Below are positions 19,544-27,844 of a DNA stretch of 48,091 bases, piece after piece; position 1 is the first letter of the stretch, and every line of letters begins with the position of its first letter. The position numbers and the translations under genes are program-made. Location: the NCBI GenBank assembly GCA_016779505.1, contig JADHNM010000002.1:1-48091 (forward strand), given 5' to 3'. Under the pieces are notes generated by a model, which was given only the letters and a program-made list of their open reading frames with translations, had not been told where the DNA came from and made no database searches. This stretch comes from SAR86 cluster bacterium. GTDB lineage: Bacteria; Pseudomonadota; Gammaproteobacteria; Magnimaribacterales; D2472.

Positions 19544-19870
19544 TTAAACTTCTGCCGCTATAAAATCCTCCAATTGTTGCTTACTGATAGCGCCTATTTG
19601 CGTTGAGGCGACTTCACCATTTTTAAATATTAAAAGAGTTGGGATTGATCTAACCCCATATTGAACTGCCAAGTCCTGATTAGAATCTACATCAAGTTTA
19701 CAAACCTTAATTGAACCAACCATTGCATCAGCGACTTCTTCAACCGTGGGAGCAAGTTGTTTACAAGGGCCGCACCATTCTGCCCAAAAATCAATTAACA
19801 CTGGTAAATCTGATTCTAAAACTTCCTGATTAAAGTTTACAGATGTAATTTCTTTGACGTTGTCACTCAT
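19544..19870 (-). CDS. trxA: Thioredoxin
   Basis: 108 aa with the WCGPC active site. It sits in the conserved position upstream of rho. Confidence 0.96.
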   Translation of the reverse strand: MSDNVKEITSVNFNQEVLESDLPVLIDFWAEWCGPCKQLAPTVEEVADAMVGSIKVCKLDVDSNQDLAVQYGVRSIPTLLIFKNGEVASTQIGAISKQQLEDFIAAEV

Positions 19871-20859
19871 GAATTTATCTCCGATGCTATTTGCTTTGCT
19901 GCGTAGGTTAAGATGGCATCAGCGCCAGCTCTTTTACAGCATAACAAAGATTCTAACATAACATTTTTATCAAGCCACCCCTTCTCAATACTTAACTTTA
20001 GCATTGAGTATTCTCCGCTCACCTGATATACAAAAGTCGGGATCTGAAACTCAGATTTAATTGCATGAACCACATCAAGATACGCTGTGCCAGGCTTAAC
20101 CATAACAATATCTGCACCCTCTTCTATATCCATGGCTGTTTCATGGAGAGCTTCGTTAAGGTTTGCAAAATTCATCTGATATGTTTTCTTTGAAGCCTTG
20201 CCTAGATTTGCAGACGATCCTACCGCTTCTCTAAATGGACCATAAAAACTTGAAGCATATTTGGCTGCGTAAGACAGTATTACTGTGTCTACGAATGCAT
20301 GTGACTCCAATATATCCCTAATCGCCCTCACCCTTCCGTCCATCATGTCCGAAGGGGCAAGTATATCTGCACCAGATTGAGCTAAAAGCAAGGCTTGATC
20401 TTGAAGCAACTCTAATGTCTGATCATTATCCACATGCCCATCTAATAATACCCCGTCATGCCCGTGATCTGTGTAGGGATCAAGTGCGACATCAGCAATC
20501 TTAATGACCTCTGGAAATCTATCTGCCAAGCCTTTTAATGCTGAACACACTATGTTCTTATCATCAAAAGCATGTGAGCCTTTTTGATCTTTTTTATTAG
20601 CATCAATTGCAGGAAAAATTGCAACTGATTTTATCCCTTTATTAATCAATGCCTCAGTTTCGGCATAAAGAGAGTCCAAATTATGCCTAAATATACCTGG
20701 CATAGAGGGTATTTCAATTTGCTTATCTGATTGATCAGCAATGAAAATTGGCTGTATTAGATCATTGGTGCTTAAATTATTCTCAGCAACAAGATCCCTC
20801 AAATAACCTTTTGAACGAGTTCGTCGAAGTCTTGTATGAGGATATGTTCTTTTAATCAT
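19867..20859 (-). CDS. hemB: Porphobilinogen synthase (delta-aminolevulinate dehydratase), Asp-rich (non-zinc) type
   Basis: 330 aa. The active-site region ADVALDPYTDHGHDG resembles Asp-rich Mg-type enzymes such as that of Pseudomonas, not the Cys-rich Zn type. Confidence 0.93.
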   Translation of the reverse strand: MIKRTYPHTRLRRTRSKGYLRDLVAENNLSTNDLIQPIFIADQSDKQIEIPSMPGIFRHNLDSLYAETEALINKGIKSVAIFPAIDANKKDQKGSHAFDDKNIVCSALKGLADRFPEVIKIADVALDPYTDHGHDGVLLDGHVDNDQTLELLQDQALLLAQSGADILAPSDMMDGRVRAIRDILESHAFVDTVILSYAAKYASSFYGPFREAVGSSANLGKASKKTYQMNFANLNEALHETAMDIEEGADIVMVKPGTAYLDVVHAIKSEFQIPTFVYQVSGEYSMLKLSIEKGWLDKNVMLESLLCCKRAGADAILTYAAKQIASEINS

Positions 20860-20864
20860 AAAAA

Positions 20865-22526
20865 TTAATCTGTGATAGCGCCTTTTGATGCTGACTGAAC
20901 TGTTTTCTTGTATTTTGCAAGCACTCCACTTTTTGGGGACGAATTTGGATTTTTCCAGTGTTCTGATCTTTTTTTCATTTCATCATCAGAAATATTAAGA
21001 GTTAAAATGTCTGCATTTGCATCAATTATTATCTCATCGCCATCTTGAATAAGCGCAATAGGGCCCCCCATCTCTGCCTCAGGACTAATGTGTCCAACAA
21101 CAAAACCATGAGTTCCACCAGAGAATCTCCCATCAGTGATAAAGGCAACTTTGTTTCCTAATCCTTGACCCATAATCGCAGAGGTAGGTTTTAGCATTTC
21201 TCTCATTCCAGGTCCGCCCTGAGGACCTTCGAATCTAATAACAACGACATCACCCTCAACAATTTTTTTCTCAAGAATTGCTACCATGCCTTCTTCTTCA
21301 GAATTAAAAACCTTTGCATTTCCCTTAAAGAGAGTTCCTTCTTTGCCGGTAATTTTTGCTACTGCTCCCTCTGGAGCTAAGTTCCCATAAAGTATTCTCA
21401 AGTGGCTGGAATCCTTAACCGGTTTAGATAATGGCAGAATGATTTTTTGATTTTCAGGATATGGTGAAACCTCTTGAAGGTTTTCTGCCAAGGTTTTACC
21501 GGTAACTGTTAAGCAATCTCCATGCAGTAGACCTTGTTCAAGCATCATCTTCATCATTGGAGCGATGCCACCAATAGCATTAAGCTCAGACATGAAGTGG
21601 GCACCAAAAGGTTTTATGTCAGCCAAAACAGGAGTGACTTTTCCGATGCGTGTAAAATCATCTAGATCAAGATCAACGCCAATAGAATGAGCCATTGCAA
21701 GAAGATGCAAGACAGCATTGGTTGACCCACCCAATGCAATCACGACTGCTATCGAGTTCTCAAAGGCTTTCTTTGTCATAATATCACTAGGCTTTATATC
21801 AAGGTCTAATAAATTTTTAATCGCAGCACCTGCATTCTGACAATCTTGTTTTTTATCGCTAGAAACTGCATCTTGGCTGCTACTTCCAGGCAAGCTCATT
21901 CCGAGAGCCTCTATACTAGATGCCATAGTATTAGCCGTATACATGCCTCCACAGGATCCAGGCCCTTTAACAGAAATTTTCTCAACTGCTATTAAATCCT
22001 CTTCGCTAATGCTTCCCTTTGCATATTCACCAACTTTCTCACATACAGTGACATAATCAGTATTGATGGGGCTTGGTCGTATAGAACCGCCATAAATAAA
22101 TATTGAAGGTCTGTTTAATCTTGCCAATCCTATTAGAGCGCCTGGCATATTTTTGTCACACCCACCAATTGCCACCACTCCATCGTAGCCCAAACATCCC
22201 ACAACAGTTTCAATAGAGTCAGCAATAACTTCTCTTGATACTAATGAATATTTCATTCCCTGAGTTCCCATCGATATGCCATCTGATACGGTGATGGTAT
22301 TGAAAAGAACTCCCTTGCAGTCAGAGGCGTCAATGGATTTCTCCACAAGATCTGCCAATTCATTTATGTGCATATTGCATGGAGTTACTTTTGACCAAGT
22401 TGATGCTATGCCAACCAAAGGCTTTGAAAAATCAGCTGTTTCAAAGCCAACGCCTCTAAGCATAGAGCGCGAAGCAGCCTGATGGGGCCCATCTACTAAA
22501 TTCTTTGAAAATTTTCTATTAGGCAT
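20865..22526 (-). CDS. ilvD: Dihydroxy-acid dehydratase (short form)
   Basis: 553 aa. IlvD/Edd family with the GGCDKNMPG motif. Confidence 0.94.
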   Translation of the reverse strand: MPNRKFSKNLVDGPHQAASRSMLRGVGFETADFSKPLVGIASTWSKVTPCNMHINELADLVEKSIDASDCKGVLFNTITVSDGISMGTQGMKYSLVSREVIADSIETVVGCLGYDGVVAIGGCDKNMPGALIGLARLNRPSIFIYGGSIRPSPINTDYVTVCEKVGEYAKGSISEEDLIAVEKISVKGPGSCGGMYTANTMASSIEALGMSLPGSSSQDAVSSDKKQDCQNAGAAIKNLLDLDIKPSDIMTKKAFENSIAVVIALGGSTNAVLHLLAMAHSIGVDLDLDDFTRIGKVTPVLADIKPFGAHFMSELNAIGGIAPMMKMMLEQGLLHGDCLTVTGKTLAENLQEVSPYPENQKIILPLSKPVKDSSHLRILYGNLAPEGAVAKITGKEGTLFKGNAKVFNSEEEGMVAILEKKIVEGDVVVIRFEGPQGGPGMREMLKPTSAIMGQGLGNKVAFITDGRFSGGTHGFVVGHISPEAEMGGPIALIQDGDEIIIDANADILTLNISDDEMKKRSEHWKNPNSSPKSGVLAKYKKTVQSASKGAITD

Positions 22527-22528
22527 AA

Positions 22529-24127
22529 TTAAACAGTTGAATAACGCAATGCAGCATTAAGAAGTTTATCAGTATAGTCTTCTTCTGGATTTGAGAAAAC
22601 TTGTTTGGCGGGCCCTGACTCTACAATAACTCCATTTTGCATTACAAATATATAATCTGACATCGACCTCACCACTTTTAAATCATGGCTGATAAATAAA
22701 TAAGTTAATTCATACTGTTTCTGGATGTTTTTTAATAACTCAATAACTTGAATTTGAATTGATCTATCTAATGCGGATGTAGGCTCATCCAAAATCATAA
22801 ATGAAGGATTTAAAATAAGCGACCTTGCAATCGCAACTCGCTGCCTTTGACCTCCAGAAAATTCATGCGGATATTTAAATCTATCATCTGGATTAATTTC
22901 TACTGCCCTAAGACTATCAGCAATGCGTTCATCTTTTTGTTTTTGACTAAGGCTAAAATGCACATCTAAACCTTCTCCAACTATCTCCCCAACAGTCATC
23001 CGCGGTGAAAGAGAGCCATATGGATCCTGAAAAACAATCTGAATATCTTTCTTAATTGATTTTGATTCCTTTGAGTTTAATTGACCAATATCCACGCCGT
23101 CATAAAGAATTGAGCCCTGATAATTAATTAGTCCAGCCAAAGCTTTGCCGAGAGTAGATTTACCGGAACCAGACTCCCCAACTAATCCTATTGTTGATTT
23201 TTGGGGAATAGAAAAATTTACATCTTTAACTGCGTGAAAAAAATCTTTTTTAAAAAATGTTTTTTTTGGCAAGGGATAAAAGATATTTAAGTCCTTAACA
23301 ATAATTAAGGGAGGCTCTCCGATTAAAGTTTCTTGCTTAATTGATGGTTCAGAATTTATCAGCTTTTTTGTGTAAACATGCTGAGGATTGGAGAAAACTG
23401 CTTTTGTATTTCCTTGCTCAACAACCATCCCCTCTTGCATAACAGTGATAGTGTCTGAAAATTTTTCAATTAATCCTAAATCATGAGTGATAAACAATAT
23501 AGACATTCCCACCTCATCCTTTAGCTTTGTCATCAAATCAAGTATTTGAGCTTGTATGGTCACATCAAGTGCAGTTGTGGGTTCATCGGCAATTAGCAAT
23601 TTAGGCTTATTAGCGAGAGCCATTGCGATCATAATTCTTTGACGTTGACCCCCCGAAAGCTCATGAGGGTATGAATTAAATCGTCTATCAACCTCAGTAA
23701 TTTCAACAAGATTCATGAGATTTTTTGCCTCGGCTATAGCCTCAGATTTTGCTTGTGCTTTATGCAAAAGTATAGATTCAACTATTTGATCTCCAACTCT
23801 ATGGTAGGGATTTAACGAAGTCATGGGTTCTTGAAAAATCATTGAAATTTTATTTCCCCGAATTTTTCTTAAAGAAGATTTATCAGCATTAAGTATTTCC
23901 ACTCCATCAAACATGATTGATGATTCATCACCAAATGAGGCTTTGGGTTCTGGAAGCAAACGCATTATAGACATTGCTGTAACAGATTTGCCTGATCCTG
24001 ACTCGCCTACTAGACCAACAATCTGATTTTCGTTAATTGATAAGTTTAAATTCTTTACGGCCAAAAACTCATTTTTTCTAACTTGAAAACTGATGGATAA
24101 ATTAGAGATTTGGAGTAATGGTTTCAT
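22529..24127 (-). CDS. ABC transporter ATP-binding protein with two fused NBDs (YejF / DppD-DppF type)
   Basis: 532 aa with two sets of motifs: Walker A GESGSGKS(V/T), signature (L/F)SGGQRQR, and Walker [13 protein letters not shown] and [12 protein letters not shown]. No permease or binding-protein gene occurs in the window. Confidence 0.88.
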   Translation of the reverse strand: MKPLLQISNLSISFQVRKNEFLAVKNLNLSINENQIVGLVGESGSGKSVTAMSIMRLLPEPKASFGDESSIMFDGVEILNADKSSLRKIRGNKISMIFQEPMTSLNPYHRVGDQIVESILLHKAQAKSEAIAEAKNLMNLVEITEVDRRFNSYPHELSGGQRQRIMIAMALANKPKLLIADEPTTALDVTIQAQILDLMTKLKDEVGMSILFITHDLGLIEKFSDTITVMQEGMVVEQGNTKAVFSNPQHVYTKKLINSEPSIKQETLIGEPPLIIVKDLNIFYPLPKKTFFKKDFFHAVKDVNFSIPQKSTIGLVGESGSGKSTLGKALAGLINYQGSILYDGVDIGQLNSKESKSIKKDIQIVFQDPYGSLSPRMTVGEIVGEGLDVHFSLSQKQKDERIADSLRAVEINPDDRFKYPHEFSGGQRQRVAIARSLILNPSFMILDEPTSALDRSIQIQVIELLKNIQKQYELTYLFISHDLKVVRSMSDYIFVMQNGVIVESGPAKQVFSNPEEDYTDKLLNAALRYSTV

Positions 24128-25152
24128 TGTTTTAAAAATTGTTTATATGTCTTCAACCAGTCCCTTGTAGCCTCTTTAGCTGCTTTTAATGCGGTCATAT
24201 TAACAAAACCATGAATAAGATGGGGATAATGAATTTGCTGGACTTCATTATCACTATCATTAAGCAACCTTGCATAGGCCTCTCCCTCATCGCTTAAGGG
24301 ATCAAAGCCAGCTGTAATTATTAGGGTCTTAGGAAGACGAGCTTTAGGATTGATGGTTAGATTAAACACTGGATCATCAAGATTGACTTGTGAGTCGATG
24401 AATTGCTCCCAGAACCAAATCATTGCTTTTTGACTTAAAAAGAATCCTTCAGCAAAATCAATTTGAGATCTTGAGTTACAAGCTGGGTCTGTCATTGGAT
24501 AGATTAGACACTGGGATAAAGGGAGCAATAAATTATTTACAGCTCTATATGTCGATAGCGATGCAGCCAAGTGGGCTCCAGCACTATCACCACAGAGGCT
24601 GATCTCCTTTATGGGTAAGCCCAATTTATCTCCCAGCCATTCCAGAGCTAAATTAGAATCTTGAACTGAAGAAGGAAACTTATTTTCAGGCGCTAACCTA
24701 TACTCAAGTGAAAAAATTTTTGCTCCAATCTCAGCTGAAAAAAATTTTAACCATGGATCATGAGTATTAATGCTTCCAAGGACATAACCACCGCCATGAA
24801 AATATAAAATTGGAGACTCTATCAAAACCCTCTCAGGACAGTATTCTCTGATCTTCAGCTCACCAAATTCAGCAGGAATTAAATGATCTATTGTTTGAGT
24901 GGATGACCTTGGCTTTGCGTTTAGCGGCAAGCCATCTCTCCCACTTTCTAACTCCTGCCTTAATTCTTGAGCTGAATTAAATCTATTTAGATCATCAAAA
25001 ACATTTGATTGCAATGATTGAAGTGCTAAAAAAACCTGTGTTTGAAAATCTAGAATTTGGTTATTAATGATAATGCTTTTTTGAAAAGTCAGGCATCTTA
25101 ACAACCAAACTGGAAGTGAAAAGAAAATTTTTAAAAATAATTTTATTGCCAT
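24124..25152 (-). CDS. Alpha/beta hydrolase, hormone-sensitive-lipase (family IV) type esterase
   Basis: 342 aa with the HGGGY oxyanion motif, GDSAG nucleophile elbow, DPL Asp and HGF His. It overlaps the ABC ATPase gene by 4 nt. Confidence 0.85.
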   Translation of the reverse strand: MAIKLFLKIFFSLPVWLLRCLTFQKSIIINNQILDFQTQVFLALQSLQSNVFDDLNRFNSAQELRQELESGRDGLPLNAKPRSSTQTIDHLIPAEFGELKIREYCPERVLIESPILYFHGGGYVLGSINTHDPWLKFFSAEIGAKIFSLEYRLAPENKFPSSVQDSNLALEWLGDKLGLPIKEISLCGDSAGAHLAASLSTYRAVNNLLLPLSQCLIYPMTDPACNSRSQIDFAEGFFLSQKAMIWFWEQFIDSQVNLDDPVFNLTINPKARLPKTLIITAGFDPLSDEGEAYARLLNDSDNEVQQIHYPHLIHGFVNMTALKAAKEATRDWLKTYKQFLKQ

Positions 25153-25173
25153 GCTTTCTTTTATAATTCATCA

Positions 25174-25587
25174 ATGAATTCTAGAATTTTATTATACTCG
25201 TTTGTTTTTCTATCCGGATTTATATTTAGTAAAGCTCAGTTTGAAGAGAAGCAGATATTAAATGTTGATGAGGCATTTGTTTTGAATACATCCTTTTTAG
25301 AAAATAAAATCTTTATATCTTGGAATATTAAACCAGGATACTACCTATATAAAAAATCAATTTTAATTAAATCGGGTGATGACACCATCAAACACAGATA
25401 CATATTAAAAGATGAATCACAGATATCTGATGAGTTTTTTGGTGAATCAACTATCTTCAAAGGAGCGCTAGAGGTTGAAGCTGAGCTAATAGATGTTAAT
25501 CTATTCAAGCTTCAAGGCATTCAGGTAATTTACCAAGGTTGTGCTGAAGGAAAGTACTGTTATCCAAAAAGAATTAAAAGTTTATAA
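25174..25587 (+). CDS. Stand-alone DsbD N-terminal (alpha) domain protein, periplasmic
   Basis: 137 aa with a signal peptide. Motifs WNIKPGYYLYKK, DEFFGES and YQGCAEGKYCYP (Cx5C) parallel E. coli DsbD-alpha as I recall it (WQIKDGYYLY, DEFYGKS, YQGCADAGFCYPP). The ORF stops 7 residues after CYP, so the TM and thioredoxin-like domains are absent. Confidence 0.8.
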   Translation: MNSRILLYSFVFLSGFIFSKAQFEEKQILNVDEAFVLNTSFLENKIFISWNIKPGYYLYKKSILIKSGDDTIKHRYILKDESQISDEFFGESTIFKGALEVEAELIDVNLFKLQGIQVIYQGCAEGKYCYPKRIKSL

Positions 25588-25629
25588 AATCGTTTAACTT
25601 CTTAGAAAAACACTATAAAATCTATAAAA

Positions 25630-26070
25630 ATGAAAATATTAGTAGTACATGGCCCGAATTTAAACCTTCTCGGCGTAAGAGAACCTGAGGTTTATGGCTC
25701 AGTAACAATGGAAGAAATTAATCAAGGCTTGAAAGAAAGAGCAAGCTCTCAAAATATTGAGATTGAAGCTTTTCAAAGTAATGCTGAGCACGAGATTGTT
25801 ACCAAACTTCAAGACTCAATGCATGAAATAGATTTCGTAATTATTAATCCAGGAGCGCTAACTCATACCAGTATTGCGATTCGAGATTCTCTGCTGGGGA
25901 TAGGAGTTCCATTTTATGAGGTCCATATTTCTAATATCTTTGCACGAGAAGAGTTTAGGCATAAATCCTATTTTTCTGATATTGCAAATGGTGTTATATG
26001 TGGGCTTGGTACTCAAGGCTATGACCTGGCGCTTAGACATATTATTGATAATTTTAAGGATAAAAAATAA
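25630..26070 (+). CDS. aroQ: 3-dehydroquinate dehydratase, type II
   Basis: 146 aa with [13 protein letters not shown] and [13 protein letters not shown] motifs. Conserved aroQ-accB-accC order. Confidence 0.95.
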   Translation: MKILVVHGPNLNLLGVREPEVYGSVTMEEINQGLKERASSQNIEIEAFQSNAEHEIVTKLQDSMHEIDFVIINPGALTHTSIAIRDSLLGIGVPFYEVHISNIFAREEFRHKSYFSDIANGVICGLGTQGYDLALRHIIDNFKDKK

Positions 26071-26501
26071 TGGATATTAGAAAGATAAAAAAATTAATAG
26101 AAATGCTACAAGAATCAGATTTAACTGAGATTGAAGTTCAGGAAGGTGAAGAGTCAGTAAGAATTGCGCGTGGAAATAATCAATCGCTTGAAACCAAATC
26201 AACTGTTATTGCTCCTAGTGTCGTCAGCGCTCCAATAGAAAACAAGGAAATTTTAGCGGTTGAATCAGGCTCAATCATTAGGTCACCTATTGTTGGAACT
26301 TTTTATAGAAAACCAGCGCCAGACAGACCACCTTTTATTGAAATTGGTAGTCATGTTAATGCAGGTGACGTTGTTTGCATTGTTGAGGCAATGAAGATGA
26401 TGAATGAAATTAAATCAGAATTTACTGGTAAAGTTTCTGCTATAAATATTGAAGATGGTGAACCGGTTGAATTTGATCAATCTCTAATCGTTATAGATTA
26501 A
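26070..26501 (+). CDS. accB: Biotin carboxyl carrier protein of acetyl-CoA carboxylase
   Basis: 143 aa with the biotinylation motif EAMKMMNEI. Confidence 0.95.
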   Translation: MDIRKIKKLIEMLQESDLTEIEVQEGEESVRIARGNNQSLETKSTVIAPSVVSAPIENKEILAVESGSIIRSPIVGTFYRKPAPDRPPFIEIGSHVNAGDVVCIVEAMKMMNEIKSEFTGKVSAINIEDGEPVEFDQSLIVID

Positions 26502-27844
26502 TGTCAAAAAAAATTCTAATTGCCAATCGAGGGGAAATTGCTCTGCGAGCTCTTCGAGCATGCAAAGAGCTAGACCTTAAAACGGTTGCAATATACTCAT
26601 CTGGAGACAAGGAGCTCAAACATTTAAGATTAGCAGATGAAACTGTTTGCGTTGGACCTGCAAGTCCATTGGAAAGCTATCTAAATATTCCTTCAATCCT
26701 CTCAGCTGCTGAGCTAACAAGATCAGATGCGATATATCCTGGGTATGGTTTTCTTGCAGAAGATGCGGATTTTGCTGAAAGGTGTGAAGCTAGTGGGTTT
26801 ATATTTATTGGCCCCTCTTCAAATGTGATCCGACAAATGGGAGATAAAATAACTGCGAAGGGTCTCGCTGAAGATTCAAATATCCCCATCGTGCCTGGAT
26901 ATAAGGGGGAAATCCCTGAAACTGATGAAGCAATTAAAAAAATAGCTGCTGGAGTTGGTTACCCCATAATGATTAAAGCATCAGCTGGAGGCGGCGGAAG
27001 AGGAATGAGGGTTGTTCAACAAGAATCTGAATTAATTTCATCATTGCAACTGACCAAACAAGAAGCAATGAATGCTTTTGGAAATGCCACGGTATATTTT
27101 GAAAAGTTTATTCAAAACCCACGCCACATAGAGGTTCAAATTGTTGCTGATGGCAAAGGAAATGCTATTCATCTTGGTACCAGAGATTGCAGCATGCAAA
27201 GAAGACACCAAAAAATTATAGAAGAGGCCCCAGCTCTAGATGTCAATCAAGATTCATTAGAAAAAACATTAAAAGCATGCTTAACACTTTGTCAAAATAT
27301 TCATTATTCTGGTGTAGGCACTCTCGAGTTTCTTTATGAGGATGGGAAATTTTATTTCATTGAGATGAATACCAGAATCCAGGTTGAGCATCCTGTGTCC
27401 GAGATGATTACTGGGTTTGACATTGTCAAAGCACAGTTAAAAATTGCATTGGGAATGGAATTAACACTTGATCAAAATGAAATTATATTCCGAGGACATG
27501 CAATGGAATGCAGGATCAATGCTGAAGATCCTGAGACGTTTGTTCCATCACCTGGAATTATTAATAAAATGCATCCCCCGGGTGGTTTTGGAGTTAGGTT
27601 TGATTCTCATATCTATTCAGGATATGTGGTGCCTCCCCACTACGACTCTCTACTTGCAAAAATTATTACAACTGCAAATACAAGAGAGTCATGCATAAAA
27701 CGAATGTTAAGTGCTCTAGATGAATTTTTTGTAGATGGCATAAGCACAAATCATTCTTTGCATCAAAAACTCTTGCAAGATAAAACATTTTGTGAGAACA
27801 AGCATAATATTAACTATCTTGAAGGATCTTTTTTAGAAAAATGA
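26501..27844 (+). CDS. accC: Biotin carboxylase
   Basis: 447 aa. ATP-grasp enzyme with the KILIANRGEIA N-terminus and the GGGGRGMR loop. Confidence 0.97.
   Translation: MSKKILIANRGEIALRALRACKELDLKTVAIYSSGDKELKHLRLADETVCVGPASPLESYLNIPSILSAAELTRSDAIYPGYGFLAEDADFAERCEASGFIFIGPSSNVIRQMGDKITAKGLAEDSNIPIVPGYKGEIPETDEAIKKIAAGVGYPIMIKASAGGGGRGMRVVQQESELISSLQLTKQEAMNAFGNATVYFEKFIQNPRHIEVQIVADGKGNAIHLGTRDCSMQRRHQKIIEEAPALDVNQDSLEKTLKACLTLCQNIHYSGVGTLEFLYEDGKFYFIEMNTRIQVEHPVSEMITGFDIVKAQLKIALGMELTLDQNEIIFRGHAMECRINAEDPETFVPSPGIINKMHPPGGFGVRFDSHIYSGYVVPPHYDSLLAKIITTANTRESCIKRMLSALDEFFVDGISTNHSLHQKLLQDKTFCENKHNINYLEGSFLEK

Noticed and set aside
22529-24127. Possibility that the double-NBD ABC protein is an ABC-F translation factor.
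   Set aside because: The signature and Walker motifs ([15 protein letters not shown]) and the post-NBD extensions look like the DppD/OppD/YejF importer class. The inter-NBD linker does not resemble the ABC-F arm or linker.
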